A stretch of 63,999 bases of DNA, counting the filler. It is 6 parts of 6 records of this genome, joined end to end, with 100 filler letters (N's around TTAATTAATTAA, not from the genome) between each part and the next. Parts side by side here need not be neighbours in the genome. Positions count along the whole stretch, not along the records: positions 1 to 12,263 come from SRR31147125_9712; 5 more parts are not named here. The stretch is one strand, 5' to 3'. Made by a program: the position numbers and the translations under genes. Below the pieces are notes generated by a model, which was not told the origin of the DNA, made no database searches, and saw only the letters and a list, made by a program, of their open reading frames with translations. Positions within the stretch are counted from its first letter, which is position 1. The number at the start of each line of letters is the position of its first letter. Positions 1 to 10,802 of this stretch are shown in pieces.

Positions 1-80
1 GCCGATGGCAGATAGTGATCGACAGATTGCTGATTATCTTTTACAGAACTATTAATCTAATGGTATTCAGTGTTAAGAAT

Positions 81-1373
81 TTAAAGAACCGTTCCGTTTG
101 GTAATACAGATCCCTTGGGGATAACAATTATACCATCTCGGATCGTATGGGTTTCATATTCACCATCAGGTCTGTCCATCGAATCAATACCGATACGACA
201 ACCGTCACCAATTCGGACATTGGTATCAATTATCGCTTTACGTATTATTGTTCCACGGCCAATTCCGATATTCGGGATACCGTTAATCCTATTTTGTTCC
301 TTTTCTTCATCGGTTTCATAAAATGTTGCCCCCATACAGTAAACACCATCAAGGTTTGCGCCTGATTCAATGAGGGTACGGACACCAATGATGGAATTCA
401 CAATTGATGCATTGGTGATGATACTGCCTTCACTGGTAAGTGATTGACTTATGGTGCAGAAGTTGATTTTTGTAGCCGGCAGATGGCGTCGGTGTGTATA
501 GATAGGCATATGTTCATTGTAGAAGTTGAAATCGGGAGAGAGGGATGCAAGATTGAGGTTAGTATCATAAAAAGATTTAATTGTTCCAATATCTTCCCAG
601 AAATCAGTAAATATATGAGTTTGAACTTTCACTTTCTTCATGGTTTCCGGGATTATTTCCTTACCAAAATCAGTTTTATCATTATCTAGTGCTTTCTCCA
701 TGGTTGAGGCATTGAATATATAGATTCCCATTGATGCCAGATATTCAGTAGATTCAACTTTCTCACTGGAGGGAATTGCTTTCTTGCGTAATGTGTCCGG
801 TATTTTATATTCACTAATATCCATCTCTATAGGCGGTTTTTCTATAAAAGATGTTATTTGTCCGCTTTCATCAGCACCAATAATACCAAGACCGGTGGCT
901 TCCTCTCGGGATATCGGTTTTGCAGCGATAGTGAGTTCCGCCTTACTTTCGATATGTGTTTTCAGCATATCCTTATAATTCATCCTATAGAGCTGGTCGC
1001 CTGAAAGTATAATATAAAATTTTGGCTGCTGATCATGAAAGTGCCTTATATTCTTACGAACCGCGTCCGCGGTACCTTGATACCAGTCTTCACTCATCGG
1101 AGTCTGTTCTGCTGCCAGGACCTCAACAAATCCTTGTGAAAATGTATCAAAAATATAGGTGTTTGCTATATGGTTGTGCAGGGAGGCGGAGTTGAATTGT
1201 GTGAGAATATAAATTCGACGAATATCACTGTTAATGCAGTTAGAAATCGGGATATCGACTAATCTGTATTTACCGCCAAACGGAACTGCCGGTTTTGACC
1301 TGTCTGTAGTTAATGGTCTCAGCCTTGTTCCCTTTCCACCGCCTAATACCAATGCCAGAACATGTTTATTCAT
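81..1373 (-). CDS. glgC: Glucose-1-phosphate adenylyltransferase (ADP-glucose pyrophosphorylase)
   Basis: LGGGKGTRLRPLT..RSKPAVPFGGKYRLVD, WYQGTADAV, ILSGDQLY, FWEDIGT motifs; directly downstream of glgA. Confidence 0.97.
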   Translation of the reverse strand: MNKHVLALVLGGGKGTRLRPLTTDRSKPAVPFGGKYRLVDIPISNCINSDIRRIYILTQFNSASLHNHIANTYIFDTFSQGFVEVLAAEQTPMSEDWYQGTADAVRKNIRHFHDQQPKFYIILSGDQLYRMNYKDMLKTHIESKAELTIAAKPISREEATGLGIIGADESGQITSFIEKPPIEMDISEYKIPDTLRKKAIPSSEKVESTEYLASMGIYIFNASTMEKALDNDKTDFGKEIIPETMKKVKVQTHIFTDFWEDIGTIKSFYDTNLNLASLSPDFNFYNEHMPIYTHRRHLPATKINFCTISQSLTSEGSIITNASIVNSIIGVRTLIESGANLDGVYCMGATFYETDEEKEQNRINGIPNIGIGRGTIIRKAIIDTNVRIGDGCRIGIDSMDRPDGEYETHTIRDGIIVIPKGSVLPNGTVL

Positions 1374-2843
1374 GAGGTCCTCCCAAAGTAAAAAGTTTAG
1401 AATATAAAGAAATATATTTTTCAGTAGATTTTTCCCAAGAAAACCTTTTATCCATACAGCGCTTTCTTATTTCACTTTTTTGTACATCGGTACTGCCTTC
1501 CCATATGTGTACGGCATTTTCTACCGCATCATAAATAGCTTCTCCAGACATGCTGTCAAATACTATACCGGTACCTTCGTTAAAATTTTCAGAAAATTGC
1601 GCTACAGTATCTGCCAAACCGCCTGTTTTTCGCACAATAGGTATAGTTCCATACCGCAGTGAATATGTCTGATTCAATCCACAAGGTTCATATCTGCTGG
1701 GCATAAGAAAAAAGTCTGAACCAGCCTCAATGAGATGGGCAAGATAGTTGTTAAACGTGATTGAAACGGCAATATTGTCATATCTTTCAGAGATTGATGT
1801 TAATGCGGTTTCCAGCTCTTCCTCACCTGTTCCAACAATGACAAACTGAATGGCAAAATCTCTTAAAATACGTTCCAGCGCAGAATTATCACCTCCGCAT
1901 AATTCTCGAAAACCTTTCTGGTCTGCTAATCTTGATACTATTCCAATAATTGGAATGCTGTTGTCAATCGGAAGTTTAAAATGCTGCTGGAGTATTGTTT
2001 TCAGTTCAGATTTATTTGCCTGTGCATTGCTGGAATAGTGCAGGGGTAAAAGTGTATCAGTTTCCGGATTCCACTCAGTGTAATCAACTCCATTGATAAT
2101 GCCGGTTAAAACATCTTTTCTGGCATGAAGCAGAAGATGCAGTCCTTCTCCATAGTGACTTTCCTGAATTTCTTTTGAATATGTTTCGGATACTGTCGTT
2201 ATGCTATCGCAATAGGCAAGTCCGACTGCCAGAAAATTTATATTTTGAAGATTTCTTTTTCTCCGGTTAACAGTCCTAATGAGAAATCATCTGCCGGTAA
2301 CTGAGTAAAATGCATATCATGTTTGGGGAATATCCCCTGATATCCCAAATTATGAATGGTCATCATGCTTTTAGCTGCGGAAAAAAGACGGTTGGTTTTT
2401 CTCTTTAACATAAGTGGTAACAAACCGGTTGGCCAGTCATGACAATGAAAAATGTCTGGATACCAGCTTAATCTTCTGCACACTTCAAACACTGCATAGG
2501 TGAAAAGAGTAAAGCGGAAACTGTTATCTGCATAGGGCATATTCCCGGTTTCACCATAAATGCCGATTCTGCTGCTGAAAGATTCATGATCAACAAAAAT
2601 GAATTCAACATCTTTTTCAACTATTTTTGCGGTACGAATGTAGTGGTCATCGCCGATATGAATTTTTATTTTCCATGGGAAGAAATCGAATGATGATGAA
2701 TCTATAAATCCGTATAGAGGCATGATGATTTTAGCATCATGTCCCTTCAGTTTTATGTTATGTGCCAACGCTGTGACAACATCTGCCAACCCTCCCGATT
2801 TGGCAAACGGAACAGCCTCACTGGTGACCATAAGTATTTTCAT
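1366..2843 (-). CDS. glgA: Glycogen synthase; split by one frameshift near 2255 (A-run), probably a sequencing error
   Basis: N-terminal PFAKSGGLADV and HCHDW (ORF 2238-2843); the downstream frame continues through SRLADQKG to MPSRYEPCGLNQ..TGGLADTV (ORF 1366-1704). Confidence 0.93.
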
Positions 2844-2933
2844 ATTTTAATTAGAGCATGTATATAATACAGAGTCAAGCAAATGTAATTTTTTACGCAG
2901 CTGCGATAAATAATTTTTTGTTAAAAGATACGT

Positions 2934-3881
2934 TTACACGTATGCATTTCCCTCTAATTCGTCTATATAGTGCGCTGCTTTGTGGCTGGCAACAGCCCCC
3001 TCTCCGGCAGCAACGACCAGCTGACGAAATGGAGTAGAACGCACATCACCAACAGCAAATAAGCCGGGTATTTCTGTCTCCATATTTTGATTGGTAACTA
3101 TATATCCGGCTTCATCTTTTTCGATGTCAGGTACGATTCCTGTTTGAGGGATAGAGCCGATAAAAATGAACACTGCATCAAAATCCTCTTCATATGTAGT
3201 GTTATCTCTATTGTTCAGCAGTTTTACACCGGAAACTTTGAAAGTCTCACCGGTTATTTCAAGAACCTCATGATTGAATCTTACATCGATTTTATCATGA
3301 GCAAGAATACGCTGCGCTAGAGATTTCTGAGCTCTGAAACGATCTCGTCTATGAACCATGACAATTTCATCACTTAATTTTGAGAGATACAATGCTTCAT
3401 CGCAAGCGGCATCACCGCCACCTACAACAAGCATTTTTTTACCTTTGAAAAATGGACCATCACAGGTTGCACAATACGACACACCCCGGCCGGAAAACTT
3501 CTCTTCACCTTCTATTCCAAGTTTGCGATGCTTTGCGCCGGTCGCAATAATCACAGCATAAGCTGTTTTATCACCGATACTGGTATGTATAGTAAAAATA
3601 TCTTCCTGCTTGCTTATGGAATTTACTGTAGCATTGAGAATTTCAGCACCAAAATTCTGCGCCTGCCGGGTAAACTTCTGAGTGAATTCAAATCCGGTAA
3701 TCTTTTCGGGAAAACCGGGATAGTTTTCCAGATCATCTATAATTAATGCTTGACCGCCTGGTGCCATTTCTTCGATTAATACTGTTTTTAAGTTCGCGCG
3801 TGCGCCATACTGTGCCGCAGTCAAACCGGCTGCTCCGCCACCAATTATGATAATATCAGCATCAACTTTTGAATTACTCAT
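2934..3881 (-). CDS. trxB: Thioredoxin-disulfide reductase
   Basis: GGGAAG FAD motif, GVSYCATCDG redox motif, GGGDAA, HRRDRFRA. Confidence 0.96.
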   Translation of the reverse strand: MSNSKVDADIIIIGGGAAGLTAAQYGARANLKTVLIEEMAPGGQALIIDDLENYPGFPEKITGFEFTQKFTRQAQNFGAEILNATVNSISKQEDIFTIHTSIGDKTAYAVIIATGAKHRKLGIEGEEKFSGRGVSYCATCDGPFFKGKKMLVVGGGDAACDEALYLSKLSDEIVMVHRRDRFRAQKSLAQRILAHDKIDVRFNHEVLEITGETFKVSGVKLLNNRDNTTYEEDFDAVFIFIGSIPQTGIVPDIEKDEAGYIVTNQNMETEIPGLFAVGDVRSTPFRQLVVAAGEGAVASHKAAHYIDELEGNAYV

Positions 3882-3971
3882 CTGAATCCTCCCAACTAAT
3901 TTTCACTACTATATATCACTAATTTTCAGAAAAAAGTAAAGGGAAAAGTGAGTATTGAAGACTGTTCTTAG

Positions 3972-4637
3972 TTAAATACTGGATCGGATGTATAAAGGTC
4001 CCTGATTATCTGAATCCGGTCCGTTTTCCAGTAGTTTCTGTTGAGCGGTTTTGAGAAGAATTTCAGCTGCTGAAGAGTAGGGGACGACTGAAAAATTGGA
4101 ATTCTGTGTATCAACAGCGGTTGAATCAAGTGCTTCTATAAAAAGCTCTGCATTTGGTCCGCTAATTGCTATCTTCCCGGTAAAGTCCTGCAGATACTGC
4201 GTATAAAAATGATCAGGAGATATATCCAAATAATCTGATTCCCGTTTCCCATTCACATATAGCGCCGTATAAAAGCGTCTTTTTCTCGCATCAATCATGG
4301 GAATAACCATTGAATTGTCTGACTGTGCGGCATAAGTATCCAAAGATGGTATTGAAATAATCGGAATGTCGGAAGCTTTTGCCAGTCCCTTGGCAGTGGC
4401 CATGCCGATGCGTAACCCGGTAAATGATCCCGGACCGCGAGAACAGATTATTAGGTCAAAATCTCGCGGTTTAATATTGATTTTCTCACACAATGAGATG
4501 ATTTCAGGAATTAACAGCTCAGAATGAGTTAATCCAACATGTTTGAAAGTCGAGGCGTATTGAGACCTGTCTGATCCCGGTGTGGATATAGCAATATCGA
4601 GAAATGTAGTGGATGTGTCAAAAGCCAGTATATTCAA
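3972..4637 (-). CDS. tsaB: tRNA threonylcarbamoyladenosine biosynthesis protein TsaB
   Basis: ILAFDTST, HSELL, GPGSFTGLRIG, IDARK motifs; adjacent to tsaE. Confidence 0.95.
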   Translation of the reverse strand: MNILAFDTSTTFLDIAISTPGSDRSQYASTFKHVGLTHSELLIPEIISLCEKINIKPRDFDLIICSRGPGSFTGLRIGMATAKGLAKASDIPIISIPSLDTYAAQSDNSMVIPMIDARKRRFYTALYVNGKRESDYLDISPDHFYTQYLQDFTGKIAISGPNAELFIEALDSTAVDTQNSNFSVVPYSSAAEILLKTAQQKLLENGPDSDNQGPLYIRSSI

Positions 4638-5086
4638 TCTAACTGCTCCAGAGATCGGTACGAAATTTCAATCTTTCTTGTTTGATCATCATTCAACGTA
4701 AATGTAACATAAGTTGTGTATTCAGGCAGCAAGTCATCGATCACTTCACTCCATTCAATTACAGAAATACTATCTCCGTAAAGGATGTCATCTGCTCCCA
4801 TTAATTCAAATTCTTCAATCCCGGAAATACGATAAAGGTCCATGTGAAAAAGCGGCATTTTCCCAACATATTCGTTGATAAGATTATAAGTGGGACTGGT
4901 GATTGACTCTGGAATTTCCAAAGCGGCTGCCAATCCTTTAACAAATACCGTCTTACCGGCTCCTAACGGCCCCCTGAGAGAAATAACGGAACCATGTGCG
5001 CACCGAAAACCGAGATTTTTTCCAATTTCATACGTATGTTCCGGATTTTCCGAAACATACACTTCATGATCCGCAACAATACCCAA
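4634..5086 (-). CDS. tsaE: tRNA threonylcarbamoyladenosine biosynthesis ATPase TsaE
   Basis: GPLGAGKT Walker A, SPTYNL, HMDLYRI, IEWS. Confidence 0.95.
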   Translation of the reverse strand: MGIVADHEVYVSENPEHTYEIGKNLGFRCAHGSVISLRGPLGAGKTVFVKGLAAALEIPESITSPTYNLINEYVGKMPLFHMDLYRISGIEEFELMGADDILYGDSISVIEWSEVIDDLLPEYTTYVTFTLNDDQTRKIEISYRSLEQLD

Positions 5087-5097
5087 TACTGCTTATC

Positions 5098-6240
5098 CTA
5101 TTCTGAAAGTTTACGAATATACTCTGCCGCTATCGCATCATCAGGATCTATTTCATGAGCTGCGTGGAAGAATCTGAGAGCTTCGGTTCGATTCTCTTTT
5201 TTCAATTCCAGGACTCCGAAATTGGAAATGATTTTTACATTTTCCGGTTCAAGAGTCAGTGCTTTTCTTAAATATCCGGCAGCCTCGGTAAAATCACCAA
5301 TTTCCATGCAGCAGATAGCAAGTTCGTTATAGATATCGATATTGTTTGATTCTAACTCAAGACACTGTTGTAAAGATTTTTTACCATCCTCATAGCGGCC
5401 GATACGACGCTGTGCCCATCCCTTAAGAAACCATGCATTCCAGATTGTTGGATTGCTATGCAAAAATTGATCGGCTTTCTCAATTGCCTCAGTTTCCTTA
5501 CCCAGTTTAATTAAATCAAATGCTTCAGCAAAAACCTGATCATCAAGATGCTGTTTCTTTATTTCATCTACAATACCTGCAATTTCAGAACACCGATCGT
5601 CCTCGGGAGCCAATCCCATAAAATATTCAAAATGCTCAAGTGCTTTAGAAAGATTGTTGTTTTTCAGAGCAAAGTAGGCAAAATGATAATGGAGTTCAAT
5701 TGAATCAGGATGCTTCTCCAGTCCATTCATATAGGTGGTAAATGCTTTTTCAGTATATGTTTCCCACAGAGGGTTTTCTGATTTCTCGTAAACAGATAAG
5801 AGCTCTTCAAATACGAATGCTAAATTAATAAATGTAGCAGATTCTTCAGGTGCGAAATTATTTAAGGCCAGAAAAATCTCTTCTGCAACATCAAAGTCTT
5901 TGGATTCAGCCTTAATAACTCCTGTTCTGGTCAATTCTGCAATAAGATTCGGTTGAACGGTATGAATGAATTCCCGATAGTAGGGGATATCTTCATGTTC
6001 AGGTTTGTAAGCAAAGATTTTCAGCATGGCAGAGATAATCATCTCCCATGACAGGTCGGTTAACTCAGCTTCTGTTTTGCCCGGCGGTAGTTCAACGGGA
6101 ATTAAGTGTTTACTGTCTATGGTGAATTTTTCTATCTTTCTTTCCGTTCCTTCCGGTAATGAAAGAAAAATTATGTTCTGCAGCGGATCATATATGTGAT
6201 CCTGTGTTTGTGAACTGTCTGTTGTTTGGTTGTTCTGCAT
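5098..6240 (-). CDS. Tetratricopeptide repeat protein
   Basis: Multiple TPR-like helical repeats (WNAWFLKGWA..., IYNELAICCMEIG..A..YLRKAL..EPEN). Confidence 0.85.
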   Translation of the reverse strand: MQNNQTTDSSQTQDHIYDPLQNIIFLSLPEGTERKIEKFTIDSKHLIPVELPPGKTEAELTDLSWEMIISAMLKIFAYKPEHEDIPYYREFIHTVQPNLIAELTRTGVIKAESKDFDVAEEIFLALNNFAPEESATFINLAFVFEELLSVYEKSENPLWETYTEKAFTTYMNGLEKHPDSIELHYHFAYFALKNNNLSKALEHFEYFMGLAPEDDRCSEIAGIVDEIKKQHLDDQVFAEAFDLIKLGKETEAIEKADQFLHSNPTIWNAWFLKGWAQRRIGRYEDGKKSLQQCLELESNNIDIYNELAICCMEIGDFTEAAGYLRKALTLEPENVKIISNFGVLELKKENRTEALRFFHAAHEIDPDDAIAAEYIRKLSE

Positions 6241-6281
6241 AGTACCTGCTTTATATCGACAAGTTAGTTTGATAAGGAAAA

Positions 6282-6455
6282 ATCCCCGCAGTGCCGCTTA
6301 AAACGAAATCTCTTGAACTTTGTTTGTCCAAGTGGGTCCTCTGTCCGCTGCATCCTGTTCCGGTATTCCCGGAGCAATTCAACAGCAAAACTATGAAGTC
6401 CCTTATGATAAGTTTGACCCAAGAGACATGTGTTTTGCCCGAACACCGCAGGTTG
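6282..6455 (-). ncRNA. ssrS: 6S RNA
   Basis: About 175 nt directly downstream of zapA (conserved zapA-ssrS synteny). 5' CCUGCGGUGUUC pairs with 3' GCGGCACUGCGGGG; inner arms UCUCUUGGGUC/GUUCAAGAGA and GACCCACUUG flank a central bubble. Confidence 0.85.
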
Positions 6456-6480
6456 TTAATTACTTCTAATCAGCTGAAAA

Positions 6481-6786
6481 CTATTCAACTTCATTACTGA
6501 TTAAATCTAATAAATCAGTAGCTAGTTTGTCCACTTGTGCATACTCATTATCTTCACTCTTTTCCAGAGATTCAAGTTTAGCCTTGGTATCAAGCAGTTC
6601 GTCTGCAAGAATCATGTTAAGGAAAAGGCTGAGAACAAGAGGATCTGTAGCCAGAGATGACTTTTTTAGGTTTTCAGCTCTCTTTTCGATGAATTCTACA
6701 GTCTTGGCCAACTGTTCCGGAGAAGCATCCGTTTTTACGGATAATTTCCTGCCAAGAATAGTGACCTTGACTATATGTTCACTCAT
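6481..6786 (-). CDS. zapA: Cell division protein ZapA
   Basis: MSEHIVKVTILGRKLSVK..LNMILADELL ZapA pattern; start re-called at ATG 6786. Confidence 0.85.
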   Translation of the reverse strand: MSEHIVKVTILGRKLSVKTDASPEQLAKTVEFIEKRAENLKKSSLATDPLVLSLFLNMILADELLDTKAKLESLEKSEDNEYAQVDKLATDLLDLISNEVE

Positions 6787-7210
6787 ACCGGTATCTCCCG
6801 GGACGGGGATCAGGAGGAAGAAGAATGTCCTCATCCTGATCCAGGTCGATGATAATATCATCAAGGGGATCATCAACTGGCAGCTGCAAATCTTCAAGAT
6901 TCGCACTTTCCTGAGAAATGAATGTATCGACTTCTTCGTACTCTGCGTTGGAGGCAAAAGAGGCATGGTCCACACTGGTTACCTCTTCACCAACTTCATT
7001 CAATTCATTCAGGGCGTTTGTGATGCTTTCCTCGATGAGTTTAGTATCATTACCAAGACTTTTTGCAAAATCCTTTAATTCATCATTATGCATTTTCAGC
7101 ATATCGAGTTCATCCCGTAATGCTGTGTTCTCATCACGGAGTTTTTGGATAAGAATAACTGCCTTCTTAATTCGTTCTTCAAGCAGTTGTACCTTATCTA
7201 AAGTTAACAT
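6779..7210 (-). CDS. zapB: Cell division protein ZapB-like coiled-coil protein
   Basis: LDKVQLLEERIKKAVILIQKLRDEN coiled coil upstream of zapA; acidic tail. Confidence 0.7.
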   Translation of the reverse strand: MLTLDKVQLLEERIKKAVILIQKLRDENTALRDELDMLKMHNDELKDFAKSLGNDTKLIEESITNALNELNEVGEEVTSVDHASFASNAEYEEVDTFISQESANLEDLQLPVDDPLDDIIIDLDQDEDILLPPDPRPGRYRYE

Positions 7211-7211
7211 A

Positions 7212-7571
7212 TTACACTCCTAAAGCTTTTTTTGCCTGATCAACAAGTGCTGTAAATGCTGTTTTATCTTCGATTGCCATATTTGATAATGCTTTTCGGT
7301 TAATTTCAATGTCTGACTGCTTCAGACCATACATGAACTGTGAGTAATTCAGCCCCTCAGCCTGTACTGCGGCAGAGATTCTGGTGATCCACAATCTTCT
7401 GAAATCTCTTTTCTTCCTTTTACGGTCTCGGTATGCATACTGACCGGCTTTGGTAACGGCATCTTTTGCAGTTCTGAAGTTGGTACTGCGGCGGCCGTAA
7501 TAACCTTTAGCTTCTTTGAGAATCTTTTTTCTTCTATCTTTTCTTCTTGTTCCGTCAACTGCTCTTGGCAT
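7212..7571 (-). CDS. rplT: 50S ribosomal protein L20
   Basis: [47 protein letters not shown]. Confidence 0.99.
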   Translation of the reverse strand: MPRAVDGTRRKDRRKKILKEAKGYYGRRSTNFRTAKDAVTKAGQYAYRDRKRKKRDFRRLWITRISAAVQAEGLNYSQFMYGLKQSDIEINRKALSNMAIEDKTAFTALVDQAKKALGV

Positions 7572-7592
7572 AGTGGTTAATCTCCTTTTCCG

Positions 7593-7793
7593 TTAAAACT
7601 TGTAGGGCAGCATTACCTTTGCTTTCTTTGTTTCTGGCTCACTCAAAACATCATTGTGACGTAAGTTCCTCTTTCTTTTAGAACTTTTCTTGGTGAGAAT
7701 GTGCCTGGTGCCCTGCTTTTTGTATTTAACTTTACCGGAGCCGGTTACCTTGTACCGCTTGGCAGCAGCTTTTCTTGTTTTCATTTTTGGCAT
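7593..7793 (-). CDS. rpmI: 50S ribosomal protein L35
   Basis: [21 protein letters not shown]; lies between infC and rplT. Confidence 0.99.
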   Translation of the reverse strand: MPKMKTRKAAAKRYKVTGSGKVKYKKQGTRHILTKKSSKRKRNLRHNDVLSEPETKKAKVMLPYKF

Positions 7794-7869
7794 GTTGTAC
7801 CTTTCCTTTAGCGTTCTCAGGGAACAAGATCCCCCTGGAACTGCTTATTTATTTTTCGCTGACAGCGAA

Positions 7870-8421
7870 TTAATTTTTCTTATTCGATTTCGTGTTCTTT
7901 TTAGAAGGGCTGAGAATCATCGACATGAATCTGCCTTCCATAACCGGATTTCTATCAAGAATGTATCCAACTTCATTATCTTCAAGTAGTCCCAAAACCC
8001 GTTCCAGTACAGCACGGCCCAGTTCAGTATGAGCAAGTTCGCGTCCTCTGAAACGAATGGTAACTTTTACTTTATTGCCTTCTTCAAGAAATTCCGTTAC
8101 ATGTTTGGTCTTGAAGGCCAGGTCATGCTTTTCAATTTTCGGCTGCATACGGATCTCTTTCAGCTTAATCAAAGTCTGATTTTTCCGTGCTTCCCGCATC
8201 TTCTTTTCCTGTTCATACTTATACTTACCGTAATCAAGGATTTTACAGACCGGTGGGTTTGCATTTGGGGCGACCTCTACTAAATCGAGCCCTGCATCAA
8301 CAGCTATTTGCATAGCCTCCTGAGTGGAGACTACTCCACGCTGTTCGCCTTTTTCATCGATTAAACGAACTTCAGGAATTCTGATCTGATTATTAATGCG
8401 TTGTTTTTTTGCAGCCAACAC
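7870..8421 (-). CDS. infC: Translation initiation factor IF-3 (non-AUG start, GTG 8421 or TTG 8418)
   Basis: [54 protein letters not shown] upstream. Confidence 0.98.
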   Translation of the reverse strand: MLAAKKQRINNQIRIPEVRLIDEKGEQRGVVSTQEAMQIAVDAGLDLVEVAPNANPPVCKILDYGKYKYEQEKKMREARKNQTLIKLKEIRMQPKIEKHDLAFKTKHVTEFLEEGNKVKVTIRFRGRELAHTELGRAVLERVLGLLEDNEVGYILDRNPVMEGRFMSMILSPSKKNTKSNKKN

Positions 8422-8568
8422 TCCTCCTACTGTTATAATAACATCTCAATAAATAGATAGGTGATTCTTTTGCCACCTATTAAAGTATGCAAAATATATC
8501 ACGAAGCAAACTGTGAGTCAAAGGGCCAAATAGTCAAATAACACCTTTGTACAGCTATTTCATAACAG

Positions 8569-8596
8569 AGACCTGAGGTTTAATGCCCTCAGGTCT
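8569..8596 (-). terminator. Hairpin, probable terminator after fba
   Basis: AGACCTGAGG-N8-CCTCAGGTCT perfect 10-bp inverted repeat. Confidence 0.6.
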
Positions 8597-8633
8597 GCTG
8601 ATTTGTTTGCATTTGGTAAAATAAAGTACGTGA

Positions 8634-9626
8634 TTAAGCGTTGCCGGCAGAACCAAGAACTTCAATATTTTTTCTCATATACATCTCTTTCAACGCAGCT
8701 CTTGCCGGGCCGAGATATTTTCTTGGGTCAAATTCACCAGGTTTCTGAGCCATGACTTCCCGAATAGCGGCTGTCATTGCCAAACGACCGTCTGAATCGA
8801 TATTGATTTTGCAAACAGCTAATTTTGATGCTTTTCGAAGTTGTTCTTCAGGGATACCAACGGAATCTTTCAGTGAACCGCCGTACTGTTCAATTTTATT
8901 AACATAAACCATGGGTACAGAAGAAGATCCATGCAGAACGATCGGAAATCCGGGCAGTCTTTTTTCGATCTCTTCAAGAATATCAAATCTCAGAGGAGGA
9001 GGAATAAGAACGCCTTCTTCATTGCGTGTGCACTGTTCCGGTTTAAACTTGTTTGCACCATGACTGGTTCCAATTGAAATAGCAAGTGAGTCAACTCCGG
9101 TTTTTGATACGAAATCTTCCACTTCTTCTGGTCGGGTGTAGGTTGATTCTTCGGCAACTACATCATCTTCAATACCTGCAAGCACTCCAAGCTCTCCCTC
9201 AACAGTAACTCCTTTTGAGTGAGCATAATCAACAACCTTTTTTGTTAACGCAACATTCTCATCATAAGGATGGTGTGAACCGTCGATCATGACAGAAGAA
9301 AATCCGTTATCAATACATTCTTTACAGGTCTCAAATGTATCGCCATGGTCGAGATGCAGAGTTATTGGAATTTCATAACCAAGTTCCTTAGCATACTCAA
9401 CAGCGCCTCTAGCCATATTGCGCAGAAGATTGATGTTCGCATAATCTCTGGCTCCCTTGGAAACCTGAAGGATTACCGGAGATTTGGTTTCAACACAGGC
9501 CTGAATAATTGCCTGAAGCTGTTCCATATTGTTGAAATTATAAGCGGGAATAGCGTAACCGCCTTCAATTGCTTTTTTGAACATTTCCGTGGTGTTAGTA
9601 AGACCAAGGTCTTTGTAAGATGTCAT
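8634..9626 (-). CDS. fba: Class II fructose-bisphosphate aldolase
   Basis: LHLDHG, SSVMIDGSH, VEGELG, LAISIGTSHG, VLHGSS, KINIDSD; start re-called at MTSYKDLG (9626). Confidence 0.96.
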   Translation of the reverse strand: MTSYKDLGLTNTTEMFKKAIEGGYAIPAYNFNNMEQLQAIIQACVETKSPVILQVSKGARDYANINLLRNMARGAVEYAKELGYEIPITLHLDHGDTFETCKECIDNGFSSVMIDGSHHPYDENVALTKKVVDYAHSKGVTVEGELGVLAGIEDDVVAEESTYTRPEEVEDFVSKTGVDSLAISIGTSHGANKFKPEQCTRNEEGVLIPPPLRFDILEEIEKRLPGFPIVLHGSSSVPMVYVNKIEQYGGSLKDSVGIPEEQLRKASKLAVCKINIDSDGRLAMTAAIREVMAQKPGEFDPRKYLGPARAALKEMYMRKNIEVLGSAGNA

Positions 9627-9784
9627 TTGATACCTCTTATCGATTTTTATTGCCCGTGATAACGAGCTTTTCCACAAGTGAAATTACTGTATATATCCGT
9701 TATGGTCAAGGGTTTAGCTTTGCCTGTACGAGGTTTTTTCCTGTGTTGTTGACCACGTCTGTATGAATCGGTAGAATTTTCATC

Positions 9785-10802
9785 ATGAATAAAAAACGTA
9801 CGCCTGTACGATTGATATGTAGAGCTGTTATTATCTTCCTGCTGCTTATTAGTCTGCTCTCCTGCAGTACAGATGACACTTTGATATTTCTTATGGATCC
9901 AATCTATTATGAGATGTCGCAACTCGATAATAAAGATTTTCAGAAAGATGTAAAGAATCAGGCAGAATCTTATGATTTGTCAGCAGAAATACTAGTTGCT
10001 GAACTCCAGCTTACCAATACATCAGGTGTTTCCCTTAAATTTTCAGAAAGAGATCGTAAAGCTTTCTGCCCATTTGGAAAATGGAGGTTTAATCGTTCTC
10101 TCTCCGATGATATCGGCGGTTACGGCATCCATAACGACTCAGGATGAAGAATTGTCAGAAATTGCATCCTTGATGATGAAATATCCCGAACACTTTATTT
10201 TGTTTGATACAGATGAAAAGATCATAGCTTCTATGTATCCTGATCTGGCAGGATATATAATAAGAGATGTCTATGAGGGTTGGGAGGCTGCCGGTGAGTA
10301 CGCGGCAACACTCCTTGCACAGGAAGAACTTACGCAGGGCAGTACCGCCCATGTGATTATCGTTGATGAAGATAGTTTTGGGTGGGAAAAGATTGCTGCT
10401 GCAGTAGAAGCAGGTTTCAGGAAAATCAGTACGGAAGAAGATGTATATATCTATTCATATTCCGTGGGAACTAGTGAGTTTGAAATAGTTGGTGAGCTTG
10501 GTTCTGAAGGCATGAATACCATTGCCAGCTGCGGTATCTATGCAGGAAACGTATCACCGTCTATACTGTTGGAAGCTTTGGGAAGTGATACGTTTGTATA
10601 TGGTGATTTTATACACCAGTCAGTAGATGAGCAGAATATGTATTTCGGTACTATTTTGGAGCCGGGCATAGGATTTTACTCGGATCTATTTTCCGAAATG
10701 CGTGGTATTCTTAATTCTGATGTGACAATACCTTTCATGGTAAGAAGCGAATCTCAACTCAGGATTGTGGTTGAAGGAGAGGAATATGAAAGCACGCAGT
10801 AA
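9785..10802 (+). CDS. Putative lipoprotein (periplasmic binding-like), split by a frameshift
   Basis: Lipobox LLSC after a hydrophobic stretch in ORF 9785-10147; continues in overlapping ORF 9996-10802. Confidence 0.55.

Noticed and set aside
2238-2270. Programmed frameshifting or pseudogenisation in glgA and the other split genes
   Set aside because: Indels are spread over unrelated contigs and sit mostly in homopolymers, with no other decay seen; sequencing error is simpler
6264-6500. Short ORFs 6264-6446 (-) and 6291-6500 (+)
   Set aside because: They overlap the 6S RNA and have no protein features
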